Assembly (NCBI GenBank): GCA_943369205.1
Contig: CALRMP020000003.1
Coordinates: 17 to 64,016, forward strand
Direction: 5' to 3'
DNA: 64,000 nt
From: Gulosibacter massiliensis
GTDB lineage: Bacteria; Actinomycetota; Actinomycetes; Actinomycetales; Microbacteriaceae
Below the pieces are notes generated by a model. The model saw only the letters and a list, made by a program, of their open reading frames with translations, ran no database searches and was not told the origin of the DNA. Positions 1 through 8,509 of this stretch are shown here, one piece after another (positions within the stretch are counted from its first letter, which is position 1; the number at the start of each line of letters is the position of its first letter). Made by a program: the position numbers and the translations under genes.

Positions 1-109
1 GGTCGAGAAACACATCTCGGCCATCTTCGCCAAGCTCGGGCTCGACGCGGCCGACGGCGACCACCGCCGCGTGCTCGCGGTGTTGGCCTGGCTACAGCGC
101 GCCAGCTAG
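1..109 (+). CDS. 3' end of a LuxR/NarL-family HTH regulator (partial, enters from window start)
   Basis: Frame 2 reads VEKHISAIFAKLGLDAADGDHRRVLAVLAWLQRAS, then TAG at 107-109. V-x-x-H-x-x-x-I-x-x-K-L matches the recognition helix of LuxR_C/GerE domains. Confidence 0.6.
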   Translation, partial: VEKHISAIFAKLGLDAADGDHRRVLAVLAWLQRAS

Positions 110-120
110 CTCGGCCGTGC

Positions 121-198
121 TGTTCGCAACTCAGGCTGTGCGGGCACATGTGCGGGTCGAGTGCGACACATCGCCGCGATCAGCCTGAGTTGCGAACA
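121..198. terminator. Perfect 18-bp inverted repeat with 42-nt spacer between convergent genes (possible bidirectional terminator or binding element)
   Basis: TGTTCGCAACTCAGGCTG (121-138) is the exact reverse complement of CAGCCTGAGTTGCGAACA (181-198). The spacer carries the palindrome GCACATGTGC (144-153) and three GTGCG repeats at 138, 150 and 161. Confidence 0.4.
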
Positions 199-199
199 C

Positions 200-1444
200 T
201 CAGTAGCGGGCGAGCACCTCGGCGTCGCGCGCGTGTGTCAGCCCGCGCCGCACGGCGTCGAGCGCCTCGACCGGGTCGGTGTCGATGAGCGCGGCGGATG
301 CCCGCAACTCGTCCTCCGCCTCGGCCAGTCGTGCCCGCGCTCCTGCGGAGCCGCGCGCTCCGATGGCCGCGCGTGCGGCAACCACCTGGGCCTCGGTTTG
401 CACCCGCGCGGCGAGATACGCTTCGCGCGCGTGCGCGAGTCGTTGAGCCTGCGTGCGCGAGGAGGCGAGCGCCACCTCGACGGCGTCCATCGCCTGGCGC
501 ACCTCGTCGAGCTGCTCGAGCGGGTCAGCGCTGCGCGCCTTCGCCGCAGCGATCGCCGAATCGAGTTCGCCCACGGCGGCGGTGATCGCGGCACCGGTGT
601 CGCCGTCGGGCGCGGCTTCGGCCGCCTCGAGCGCTTCACTGCGGGCCGTGCGAGCGTCATCGAGCAACCGCGTGAGCGCCGTCACGGCATCGTCGAGCCG
701 CTGCGCTGTCGCCGCGACGGAGGTGAGCGCTTCGTCGGCCGAGAACAGCAGCCGCTCGGCTTCAGCGAGGGTCGTCATGACGCTGCTCGCGGGGGCGGCA
801 GCACCCGGTGCCGATTCCGCTGCCAGGCTCTCGGAACGATCGAGGTCGCGGGCGGCTCGCTCGGGGGCGTCGGCGACGGGGCCGAGCGCGGTGCTCGGAT
901 GGGCCGCGAGCAGGGCATCCCGTTGCTCGATCGTTGTCGACAGGCGAGCGCGTGCGTCGGCGATGCGCGAACGCAGTCGCTCAAGCCGGTCGGGCGCGGT
1001 CGACTCGAGCGATCGACGGTCGCGGAATGCCGCCGACTGTTCACTGAGGGTGCGGTCGATGCGATCGGCGAGCATGACGATGCGCGCGGCCCGCTCGCGG
1101 TTGGCAAGCCCGGCGCCGGGCTCGTCGTCGATGAGTCGGTGCAGGCGAAAGACTTCGTCGCGGTCAGTGCGGGCCTGCGCAACGGCATCACGGTAGTCGC
1201 GCGCGGCCTTCTCGCCGAACTGCGCGATCGCAAACTCGACGTCGGCCTCACCCTCGGCGATGCGATCATCGGCGCGCACGAGCGCCGAGCCCGCTTTTCG
1301 ACGCACGTCGCCCGAGACCTGTGCGGGGCGCGACCGTCGGCGCGACACGATGACGATTCCGCCCACAAGCACGGCGGCAACGACCACGAGCACGGTGACG
1401 CCGCCCGCGACGAGCGCTGAGACAATTCCGCCGACGAGTTCCAC
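200..1444 (-). CDS. Membrane-anchored Ala-rich coiled-coil protein, function unknown
   Basis: 414-aa ORF with an N-terminal hydrophobic helix (GGIVSALVAGGVTVLVVVAAVLVGGIVIV) followed by RRRSR. The remaining ~370 aa are Ala/Arg/Glu/Asp-rich and helical. The opposite-strand ORF 161-1420 is Arg/Gly-rich junk. Confidence 0.6.
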   Translation of the reverse strand: MELVGGIVSALVAGGVTVLVVVAAVLVGGIVIVSRRRSRPAQVSGDVRRKAGSALVRADDRIAEGEADVEFAIAQFGEKAARDYRDAVAQARTDRDEVFRLHRLIDDEPGAGLANRERAARIVMLADRIDRTLSEQSAAFRDRRSLESTAPDRLERLRSRIADARARLSTTIEQRDALLAAHPSTALGPVADAPERAARDLDRSESLAAESAPGAAAPASSVMTTLAEAERLLFSADEALTSVAATAQRLDDAVTALTRLLDDARTARSEALEAAEAAPDGDTGAAITAAVGELDSAIAAAKARSADPLEQLDEVRQAMDAVEVALASSRTQAQRLAHAREAYLAARVQTEAQVVAARAAIGARGSAGARARLAEAEDELRASAALIDTDPVEALDAVRRGLTHARDAEVLARY

Positions 1445-1526
1445 GCCCCGATTCTAGGCTGACCGGATCGGGGGCAGACCGGGCTAAATCCCCGGAAAAT
1501 CGGGCCAGCGGCCGTAGGGTGGCCGC

Positions 1527-4500
1527 GTGTGGCGTGCCGACCGATACGACGATCATGAGATCGACGCCGACGACGTCAGCCGGGCAAACCCCCTGCAGCC
1601 CTCGTCGGTGCTGTTTGATGACCCTCGCGTTGCTCCCATGAACGTCGCCGCACCCGTATGGGAGCGCTGGCGCACCGAGCTCGCGACGATCGGCGGCTCG
1701 AACACGCTGCTGCACTTCAGCGATGACCCGCGGGGTCGCATCGAGCTCGGCACGAGCCACCCGGGCGGCCTGGCGCGCTTCATCGCCGGCAGCCCCACGC
1801 TGCTGAGCAACCTCGTGCGTGACGACGTCGCCCTCAAGCAGGCCCGCGTCGCGGCCGAGCGCATCGCCGATGCCGGCGTCGAGCTCGCGAGTGCGCGCGG
1901 CATCGACGCCGTGCAGCTCGGCATCGGGCTCGTCTCGTGGCGCGTCGATGGCATCGATCACTGTGCGCCGCTGCTGTTGCGTCCGCTTCGCTTGCGGCGT
2001 CGGGGTCGGGATGTCGAGCTCACCCTCACCGGAACCGTGACCGTGAACCCCGCGCTCGTGCGGGCGCTCGCCGAACAGTTCTCGGTGCACCTCGATGAAG
2101 CCGCGTTCGTTGCGCTCGCGCACGACGCCGAGGCCTTCAAGCCCAACCCGCCGCTTGACCGGTTGCGTGGCCTCACCGCGCACCTGCAGGGCATCACGAT
2201 CAGCGCTCGCCTCGTGGTGAGCACCTTCGCCGACGTCGGAACCGCGCTCGTCGCCGACGCGCACGATCTCGCGCACCCGGTGCTCGACGCTCTTGCCGGC
2301 AATACGAGCGCCCGCTGGGCCGTGAGCGATAGCCAGTCGCCGGTCGAGCCGGTGCCCGCCGACGAGCGCCCGCCCGAGACTGACTTGCTGCTGCTCGACG
2401 CCGATGCCGAACAAGAGCACGTAATCGCGTCGATTGCCGCGGGCAACTCGCTCGTCGTCAAGACCCTGCCGGGCACGGGCGCGACGCAAACCGTCGTCAA
2501 CGCTCTCGGCGCTCTCGTCGCTCAGAACAAGCGCGTGCTCGTCGTCAGCCCTCGTCGGGCGAGCCTGCGGACGATCGCGCAGCGGTTCGGCGACATCGGG
2601 CTCCCGGGCATTGCCGTTTCGCCGCACACTCTGCGCAAAGACGTGATTCGCGCGATCGTGCGCAACGAGAAGGCGCAGCGGCCCCGCGTCGCCGATATCC
2701 ACGAAGCTCTCACGCGACTTCGTTCGGTGCTGCTCGACTATCGCGAGGCCCTGTCGCGGCCCGATGCCGACCTGGGCATCAGCGTGATCGACTGTGTCAC
2801 CGAGCTCAGCCGGCTTGCGCTCTTGCCGACCCCGCCGACAACGCGCGCGCGCCTCAGCCGCGCCGCCGTTGAACTGCTCGCGGTCGACCGCCGCGAGGCG
2901 GCCGAGACGATGGTGCAGGCCGCCGAACTCGGCCAGTTCAGCTACGGCCCGGGCGACTCGCCCTGGTACGGCGCGTCGTTCCGCACGGGCGATGAAGCGG
3001 TTGTTGCGCAGCAGCTCGCCCGACGGCTGCACTACGAGACGGTGCCGCGCCTCGTTGAGCGCGGTCGCGCTCTCGTCGGCGCAACGCCCATGCGGCCCTT
3101 CGAGACCCTGGCCGAGCTGGGCGTCTACTTGCGCCTGCTCTCCGACCTTCGCGACACTCTCGACCGCTTCCAGCCCGCGGTCTTCGACCGTTCGTTGAGC
3201 GAGCTCATCGCCGCGACCGCGCCCCGTCGTGAGTCGTCGACCATGCCCGCGGCAACGCGCCGCCGCCTCAAGGGCCTCGCGAAGGAATACCTGCGCCCGG
3301 GCGTGAGCGTGACCGACCTGCACGAGGCCCTCACCCGCATTCAGCAGCAGCGCGTGCTGTGGCAGCGCTTCGTGCCGAGTGGCATCACCCCGACCGTTCC
3401 CGTCGGAATCGCCGACGTCGCCGTCGCCTTCCAGCAGGTCGAGCTTGATCTCGCGGCACTGGATGCTCCGCTCGGCCACCACAGCCGTGACCAGCAGCTC
3501 GCGCACCGCCCGCTGCACGAGTTGCACGCTCTGCTCGAGGGTCTCGCTGCCGAGAGTGACGTGCTCGCGAACCTGCAGGAACGCACGACTCTGCTCAGCC
3601 GGCTTGCGCAGTTCGATGTCGGACCGTTGCTCAGCGACCTGGCGGCGCGCCACGTGCCGCGCGAGCAGGTCGCAGCCGAGCTCGAGCAAGCCTGGTGGCG
3701 GTCGGCGCTCGACAGCTTGCTGCAACAGGATCGCGCGCTGCTCGGCGCCGAGCCCGACGTGCTCGAGCGGCTCGAAGCCGACTTCCGGCTCGTCGACGAG
3801 GCGCACGCGGCAGGGGCCGCTCAACTGCTCGCGTGGCAGCTCGCCGAGAACTGGTCGATCGGCATCACCGATTGGCCCGACGAGGCCGAGGCTCTGCGCA
3901 CAGCGCTCAAGTCGGGGCACCTGAGCCCCGCGACACTGCAGCGCGGTGCGCCGCACTTGAGCCGGCCGATTGCGCCGGTGTGGCTCGCGTCGCCCTACGA
4001 CGTGCACCTCATCAGCGACGACATTCCGTTCGACACTGTCATGCTGCTCGACGCGGGGGCGGTGACCGTGGCCGAAATCGCCGGGGCCGTGCGTCGGGGT
4101 CGGCAGGTGGTCGCCGTCGGCGACCCCGTCACGCAAGCGCCGGCGCCGTTCCGCATCGCGGTCGGCGACACGATTGACGACGGCGACGTCGACGCCCGTC
4201 ACGCGGCGTCGGCACTGTTCCAGCTCAGCGAGTTGCTGCCGTCGGTTTCCCTCACGCGCTCGTACCGCGCTGGAGGTGAAGACCTCGCCGAACTCGTGAA
4301 CCGGAGGTTCTACGCCGGCCGCATCGAGTCGTTGCCGTGGGCCGGGTCGTTCTTGGGGCATCCCTCGATCGCCGTTGACTATCTCGATGGCGGCCACGGC
4401 ATGCCCGATGACGACACCGGAGCGATCGAGAGCGTCGACGTCGAGGTGCTGCGCACGGTCGACCTCGTGATCGAGCACGCGACGACGCGACCGCATGAGT

Positions 4501-5246
4501 CGCTCATGGTGATCACCGCGAGTGCGAAGCACGCCGCGCGCGTGCACACGGCAGTGCTCGAAGCGCTCACGCAGCGCCCCGACCTGCACGACGTTCTGCT
4601 CGGCGACCGGCCTGAACCATCTGCCGTGCTCACGATCGAGCAGTCGGTCGCGCAAGCCCGCGACCGCGTGATCTTCTCGATCGGCTTTGGCCGCACGCCG
4701 CACGGCCGCGTGTTGAGCGAGTTCGGCTCGCTCGGCCGACCGGGCGGCGACCGCCTGCTTGCCGTCGCCATGACGCGCGCACGGCGTTTCGTGCGCATCG
4801 TCAGCTGCATTCGCCCGGACGACCTCGATGACGACCGACTGTCGCACGGCGCTCGCGCGCTCGCCGACCTGCTGAGCGACATCGAAGCCCGACGCACGGC
4901 CGACGAGTTGCCCGACGACAGCGACCCCATGCTCATCGACCTCGCGCGCCGGCTCGAGGCCCGCGGTATGACCGTCGCCCTCGGACACCGCGGCAAGTTG
5001 CCCCTCGTCGCGAGTCGCGGCGGCTACTGCGTGGCCGTCGAAACGGATGCTGCGCTCAGCCACCTCTCGCTGCGCGAGTCGCTGCGCCTGCGCCCCGACC
5101 TGATGCGCCGGCTCGGCTGGCACTACGCGCGCGTGCACGTGTTCGAGCTCTTCAGCGACCCCGAAGCGGTGGCCGACCGCGTGTTCGCCCTCGCGGGCGG
5201 CGTCGTGCCTGGCACGGCAACCGAAGAGCTCGCGATCTCACGCTGA
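1527..5246 (+). CDS. DUF4011 / Upf1-like SF1 helicase-family protein with C-terminal DUF559 (Vsr-like) fold; ATPase motifs degenerate
   Basis: 1239-aa ORF from GTG 1527; ATG 1637 (MNVAAPVWERW) is an alternative start. Helicase-core strings are recognisable: LPGTGATQT (Walker A position), VMLLDAGAV (motif II position), VAVGDPVTQAP, LTRSYRAG, LAVAMTRARRFVRIVS. The C-terminus (GYCVAVETDAA...RLGWHYARVHVFELF) looks DUF559-like. Confidence 0.8.
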   Translation: MWRADRYDDHEIDADDVSRANPLQPSSVLFDDPRVAPMNVAAPVWERWRTELATIGGSNTLLHFSDDPRGRIELGTSHPGGLARFIAGSPTLLSNLVRDDVALKQARVAAERIADAGVELASARGIDAVQLGIGLVSWRVDGIDHCAPLLLRPLRLRRRGRDVELTLTGTVTVNPALVRALAEQFSVHLDEAAFVALAHDAEAFKPNPPLDRLRGLTAHLQGITISARLVVSTFADVGTALVADAHDLAHPVLDALAGNTSARWAVSDSQSPVEPVPADERPPETDLLLLDADAEQEHVIASIAAGNSLVVKTLPGTGATQTVVNALGALVAQNKRVLVVSPRRASLRTIAQRFGDIGLPGIAVSPHTLRKDVIRAIVRNEKAQRPRVADIHEALTRLRSVLLDYREALSRPDADLGISVIDCVTELSRLALLPTPPTTRARLSRAAVELLAVDRREAAETMVQAAELGQFSYGPGDSPWYGASFRTGDEAVVAQQLARRLHYETVPRLVERGRALVGATPMRPFETLAELGVYLRLLSDLRDTLDRFQPAVFDRSLSELIAATAPRRESSTMPAATRRRLKGLAKEYLRPGVSVTDLHEALTRIQQQRVLWQRFVPSGITPTVPVGIADVAVAFQQVELDLAALDAPLGHHSRDQQLAHRPLHELHALLEGLAAESDVLANLQERTTLLSRLAQFDVGPLLSDLAARHVPREQVAAELEQAWWRSALDSLLQQDRALLGAEPDVLERLEADFRLVDEAHAAGAAQLLAWQLAENWSIGITDWPDEAEALRTALKSGHLSPATLQRGAPHLSRPIAPVWLASPYDVHLISDDIPFDTVMLLDAGAVTVAEIAGAVRRGRQVVAVGDPVTQAPAPFRIAVGDTIDDGDVDARHAASALFQLSELLPSVSLTRSYRAGGEDLAELVNRRFYAGRIESLPWAGSFLGHPSIAVDYLDGGHGMPDDDTGAIESVDVEVLRTVDLVIEHATTRPHESLMVITASAKHAARVHTAVLEALTQRPDLHDVLLGDRPEPSAVLTIEQSVAQARDRVIFSIGFGRTPHGRVLSEFGSLGRPGGDRLLAVAMTRARRFVRIVSCIRPDDLDDDRLSHGARALADLLSDIEARRTADELPDDSDPMLIDLARRLEARGMTVALGHRGKLPLVASRGGYCVAVETDAALSHLSLRESLRLRPDLMRRLGWHYARVHVFELFSDPEAVADRVFALAGGVVPGTATEELAISR

Positions 5247-5278
5247 CCCCCGCTCGACGCACGCGTACGCTTGAGGGC

Positions 5279-5449
5279 ATGAGCGAGACGGATGCGGGGC
5301 ACGCCCCGAGCGACCGCCGCCGCACCGCGCGCCGAGTCACCACGGCGCCCCCGCCCGGGTCGGATCCCGCTCCGAGCCCCGAACCCGCGCGGCACCAGCT
5401 CGACGAGAACGACGACCGGCTCCGCGCCGAGAAGCCGCCGCACTACTGA
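5279..5449 (+). CDS. Small (56 aa) Pro/Arg-rich protein, translationally coupled to the downstream ACT-domain gene
   Basis: ATG 5279 to TGA 5447-5449 gives MSETDAGHAPSDRRRTARRVTTAPPPGSDPAPSPEPARHQLDENDDRLRAEKPPHY. It is below the 60-aa track cutoff. About 52 of 56 codons end in G/C (hand count), as in real genes here. Its stop overlaps the next ATG (TGATG). Confidence 0.45.
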   Translation: MSETDAGHAPSDRRRTARRVTTAPPPGSDPAPSPEPARHQLDENDDRLRAEKPPHY

Positions 5450-5859
5450 TGACCCACGCTGACGTGCCCCCCGCCGGCGAAACCGACCTCGCCGTCTTGC
5501 TGCGGTCGATGCGCCCCGAGCTGCTGCCGGGCGACTGGTTCTTCGCCACGGTTGAGCCGGGTGCGACGGTCGACGCCGCAGCCACCGTGCACGAACCCGA
5601 AGGCCTCTCGGTCGTGGTCAACCGTGCGGAGGCCGAGCGGCTGGGCGTCGCCACAACCCACGCTTACCGCTGGATCACCCTGCGGGTGCACTCATCGCTC
5701 GAGGCGGTGGGCCTCACTGCCGCCGTGAGTGCAGCCTTCACGGCGCAGGGCATCAGCTGCAATGTGATCGCGGGCGCGTTTCACGACCACCTGCTCGTGC
5801 CCGCCGCCCGCGCCGACGACGCGATCCGTGCGCTCAACGACCTCAGTTCACGCGACTAG
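5449..5859 (+). CDS. ACT-domain-like small-molecule-binding protein (ACT_7/DUF2241-like)
   Basis: 136-aa ORF. The C-terminal half (ITLRVHSSLEAVGLTAAVSAAFTAQGISCNVIAGAFHDHLLVP) resembles an ACT fold. The call is by recollection of family sequences. Confidence 0.6.
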   Translation: MTHADVPPAGETDLAVLLRSMRPELLPGDWFFATVEPGATVDAAATVHEPEGLSVVVNRAEAERLGVATTHAYRWITLRVHSSLEAVGLTAAVSAAFTAQGISCNVIAGAFHDHLLVPAARADDAIRALNDLSSRD

Positions 5860-6209
5860 CTCGCGGCGGCAGCCTTTGATGGGGTGGAGGGCGTGCTGGG
5901 CGACGCGGACGAGCCGCTGCCGGACGAGCCCGAGCCCGATGAACCCGATGAGCCCGAGTCAGCCTTCTTGGTCGTCTCGGACGTGCTCGACGAAGACGAG
6001 CCCGAGCCCGAGTCGCCAGACCCCTTCGCACCCGCGCGGCTGTCCGTGCGGTAAAACCCCGAACCGTTGAAGGTGACGCCCACGGCCGAGAACACCTTGC
6101 GCAGTCGGCCGTCGCAGCTCGGGCACACCGTGAGCGAGTCGTCGGTGAACGCCTGCTGAAAGTCGAACGCCGTCGAACAGTCGGTGCAGCGGTACGAGTA
6201 CGTGGGCAT
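5856..6209 (-). CDS. FmdB-family zinc-ribbon regulatory protein with Ser/Gly-rich tail
   Basis: MPTYSYRCTDCSTAFDFQQAFTDDSLTVCPSCDGRLRKVFS shows the CxxC...CxxC signature. GGAGG lies 7 nt upstream of the ATG (complement of 6207-6209). Track ORF 5856-6707 is a read-through extension. Confidence 0.8.
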   Translation of the reverse strand: MPTYSYRCTDCSTAFDFQQAFTDDSLTVCPSCDGRLRKVFSAVGVTFNGSGFYRTDSRAGAKGSGDSGSGSSSSSTSETTKKADSGSSGSSGSGSSGSGSSASPSTPSTPSKAAAAS

Positions 6210-6277
6210 GGAAAAACCTCCACCCTCCAGAATACGGCGCGGGCGAGCATCCCCCGACCGCACCAGAAGGAGGGCGG

Positions 6278-6883
6278 TCAGTCGGTGAAGCGCAGAATCG
6301 CGCTCGGCGTCACGGCTCCGTCGACCGCTTGATCGTGACGCTGGCGCGGCAACTCGTCGACCACCTCGTGGTCGAAGACCACGGCGAAGACGGGCGGGCG
6401 ACGATCCATCGAGCCGAGGGTCTTGTCGAAGTAGCCGCGGCCCCAGCCCATGCGCATACCGCCGCGATCGACGGCCGCGGCGGGCACGAGAATGAGGCCG
6501 ACGTCGTTGACCGCGATCGGCCCGAGCACCTCGGTGGTTGGCACGGGCATGCCGATGACGTCGCTCGACTCGTCGGAGGCGTCGAACGTGGCCCAGTCGA
6601 GCAGCCCGTCGTCGCGCGAAACCGGCAGCAACACGCGAATGCCCTGCTCGGCGGCCCAGTGCAGAAACGGCCGCGTTTCGGGTTCGTTGGGGGTCGCGAG
6701 GTAGCACGCGAGCGATCGAGGGCCCAACGACGAGGTCAGCGCGATCAGCTGGCGCGTCAGGGCCTCCGTGGCCAACGCGCGCTCATGCTGAGTGCGAATG
6801 CGCCGGCGCTCGCGCAACTCAGCACGCAACGCGCGTTTGGCCGCGATCGCGTCGGCGTCGGGCTCAGTGGGCATACCGCCCAT
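6278..6883 (-). CDS. 5-formyltetrahydrofolate cyclo-ligase
   Basis: 201 aa. LILVPAAAVDRGGMRMGWGRGYFDKTL and the N-terminal KRALRAELRERRR pattern are typical of MTHFS. Synteny with FmdB and galU matches other actinobacteria. Confidence 0.85.
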   Translation of the reverse strand: MGGMPTEPDADAIAAKRALRAELRERRRIRTQHERALATEALTRQLIALTSSLGPRSLACYLATPNEPETRPFLHWAAEQGIRVLLPVSRDDGLLDWATFDASDESSDVIGMPVPTTEVLGPIAVNDVGLILVPAAAVDRGGMRMGWGRGYFDKTLGSMDRRPPVFAVVFDHEVVDELPRQRHDQAVDGAVTPSAILRFTD

Positions 6884-6942
6884 GCTAGAGGCGCCCCGTC
6901 AAGGGGGGCGCGCTGAACTCGGCGCAAGGATACGCTGAGGCC

Positions 6943-7833
6943 ATGAATCCGAGAATCAGCAAGGCCGTGATCCCTGCTGCGGGACTCGGTACCCGCTTCT
7001 TGCCCGCGACCAAAGCCATGCCGAAAGAGATGCTTCCGGTCGTCGACAAGCCGGCCATCCAGTACGTCGTCGAAGAGGCCGTTGCGTCAGGCCTCACTGA
7101 CGTGCTCATGATCACCGGCCGCAACAAGACGGCCCTCGAAAACCACTTCGACCGGGTCGGCGAGCTTGAGGCGACCCTCGAGAAGAAGGGCGACACCGAC
7201 AAGCTTGCGAAGGTGGAATATTCCACCGATCTCGCCGACATGCACTACGTGCGTCAAGGCGACCCCCTCGGCCTCGGCCACGCCGTGTTGCGCGCCCACA
7301 TGCACGTCGGCCAGCAGCCCTTCGCCGTGCTGCTCGGTGACGACATCATCGACCCGCGTGACCCGCTGCTCGACGTCATGATCGATGTGCACGAGCAGCG
7401 CGACACCAGCGTCATCGCCTTGCTCGAAGTCGACCCGTCGCAGGCCCACCTCTATGGCATCGCGACGGTCGAAGAGACGGACGACCCCAACGTTGTGCGT
7501 GTGCTCGATCTCATTGAGAAGCCCGAAAAGGGAACCGCTCCGTCGAACTACGCCGTCATCGGTCGATATGTGCTCAAGCCTGAGATCTTCGGCATTCTCG
7601 AGCACACCGCGCCCGGCAAGGGCGGCGAGATTCAATTGACGGATGCTTTGCTCGAGCTCGCCGACAACGCCGAAGCCGGCGGCGTCTACGGTGTGGTGTT
7701 CCGCGGCCGCCGCTATGACACGGGTGACCGTCTCGACTACATCAAGGCCATCGTGCAGCTCGCCGTCGAGCGCGACGACCTCGGCCCCGAGCTTCGCCCG
7801 TGGCTGCGCGATTTCGCCGCCACAATGGACTGA
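6943..7833 (+). CDS. galU: UTP--glucose-1-phosphate uridylyltransferase
   Basis: KAVIPAAGLGTRFLPATKAMPKEMLPVVDKPAIQYVVEEA is the canonical GalU N-terminus; 296 aa. Confidence 0.95.
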   Translation: MNPRISKAVIPAAGLGTRFLPATKAMPKEMLPVVDKPAIQYVVEEAVASGLTDVLMITGRNKTALENHFDRVGELEATLEKKGDTDKLAKVEYSTDLADMHYVRQGDPLGLGHAVLRAHMHVGQQPFAVLLGDDIIDPRDPLLDVMIDVHEQRDTSVIALLEVDPSQAHLYGIATVEETDDPNVVRVLDLIEKPEKGTAPSNYAVIGRYVLKPEIFGILEHTAPGKGGEIQLTDALLELADNAEAGGVYGVVFRGRRYDTGDRLDYIKAIVQLAVERDDLGPELRPWLRDFAATMD

Positions 7834-7836
7834 GCG

Positions 7837-8499
7837 GTGGCGGCACTGATTCCCACGCTCGTCGAGGGCGCGACCACCCTGCGCCCGATCAGGGTGCGTG
7901 ACGCGAAGCCCCTCGAGCGCGAACTGCTCGCAAGCCGCGCATGGTTGCGCCCGTGGGAGGCCACGAGCCCGTCGGCTCCCATGAACTGGGACACCAAGGG
8001 CAGCATTCGCTCGTTACTCGCGGGTGCTCGGGCAGGCCACGGTTTGCCGTTCATCATTGAGACGGATGGCCGCCTGGCCGGGCAGCTCAACGTCAGTGGC
8101 ATGACCTACGGCTCGCTGGCCTCGGCCACGATCGGCTACTGGGTTGGTGCAGGATTCGCGGGGCGCGGTCTCACACCCACCGCTGTCGCGCTCGCGACCG
8201 ACCACGTCTTCTTCACGGTCGGCTTGCACCGCATGGAGATCTGCATCCGCCCCGAAAATGCTCCGAGCTTGCGCGTCGTCGAGAAGCTCGGCTTTCGCTA
8301 CGAGGGGTTGCGTCGGCGCTACATCCACATCAACGGCGACTGGCGCGACCACTTCTGCTTCGGACTCACCGTCGAAGAAGTGCCGCAAGGGGTGCTGCAG
8401 CGCTGGCGATCCGGTCGCGTTGACTCCACGGTTGCGGTCGTGCCCGAGGTCGATCGCATTGCCGCTCGGCACAGCATCCCGCTGCCGCCTGCGCGCTAG
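7837..8499 (+). CDS. GNAT N-acetyltransferase, RimJ/RimL-like
   Basis: 220 aa. IGYWVGAGFAGRGLTPTAVALATDHVFFTVGLHRMEICIRPENAPSLRVVEKLGFRYEG matches the Acetyltransf_3 core. It follows galU, as rimJ does in mycobacteria. Confidence 0.85.
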   Translation: MAALIPTLVEGATTLRPIRVRDAKPLERELLASRAWLRPWEATSPSAPMNWDTKGSIRSLLAGARAGHGLPFIIETDGRLAGQLNVSGMTYGSLASATIGYWVGAGFAGRGLTPTAVALATDHVFFTVGLHRMEICIRPENAPSLRVVEKLGFRYEGLRRRYIHINGDWRDHFCFGLTVEEVPQGVLQRWRSGRVDSTVAVVPEVDRIAARHSIPLPPAR

Positions 8500-8509
8500 C
8501 GGCGACCAG

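Noticed and set aside
1266-5138. 1290-aa minus-strand ORF antisense to the helicase-family gene, and likewise 161-1420(+) antisense to the coiled-coil gene
   Set aside because: The translations are Arg/Ala/Gly/Pro-rich low complexity with no motifs. Long shadow ORFs are expected opposite real genes at this GC content. The chosen strands carry TM helices or helicase motifs.
1527-5246. The DUF4011/SF1-helicase plus nuclease-fold protein as an anti-phage defence gene (Mokosh-like or similar)
   Set aside because: The ATPase motifs look inactivated. No partner defence genes are adjacent, and the surroundings are conserved housekeeping genes (FmdB, MTHFS, galU). Defence remains possible but is unsupported.
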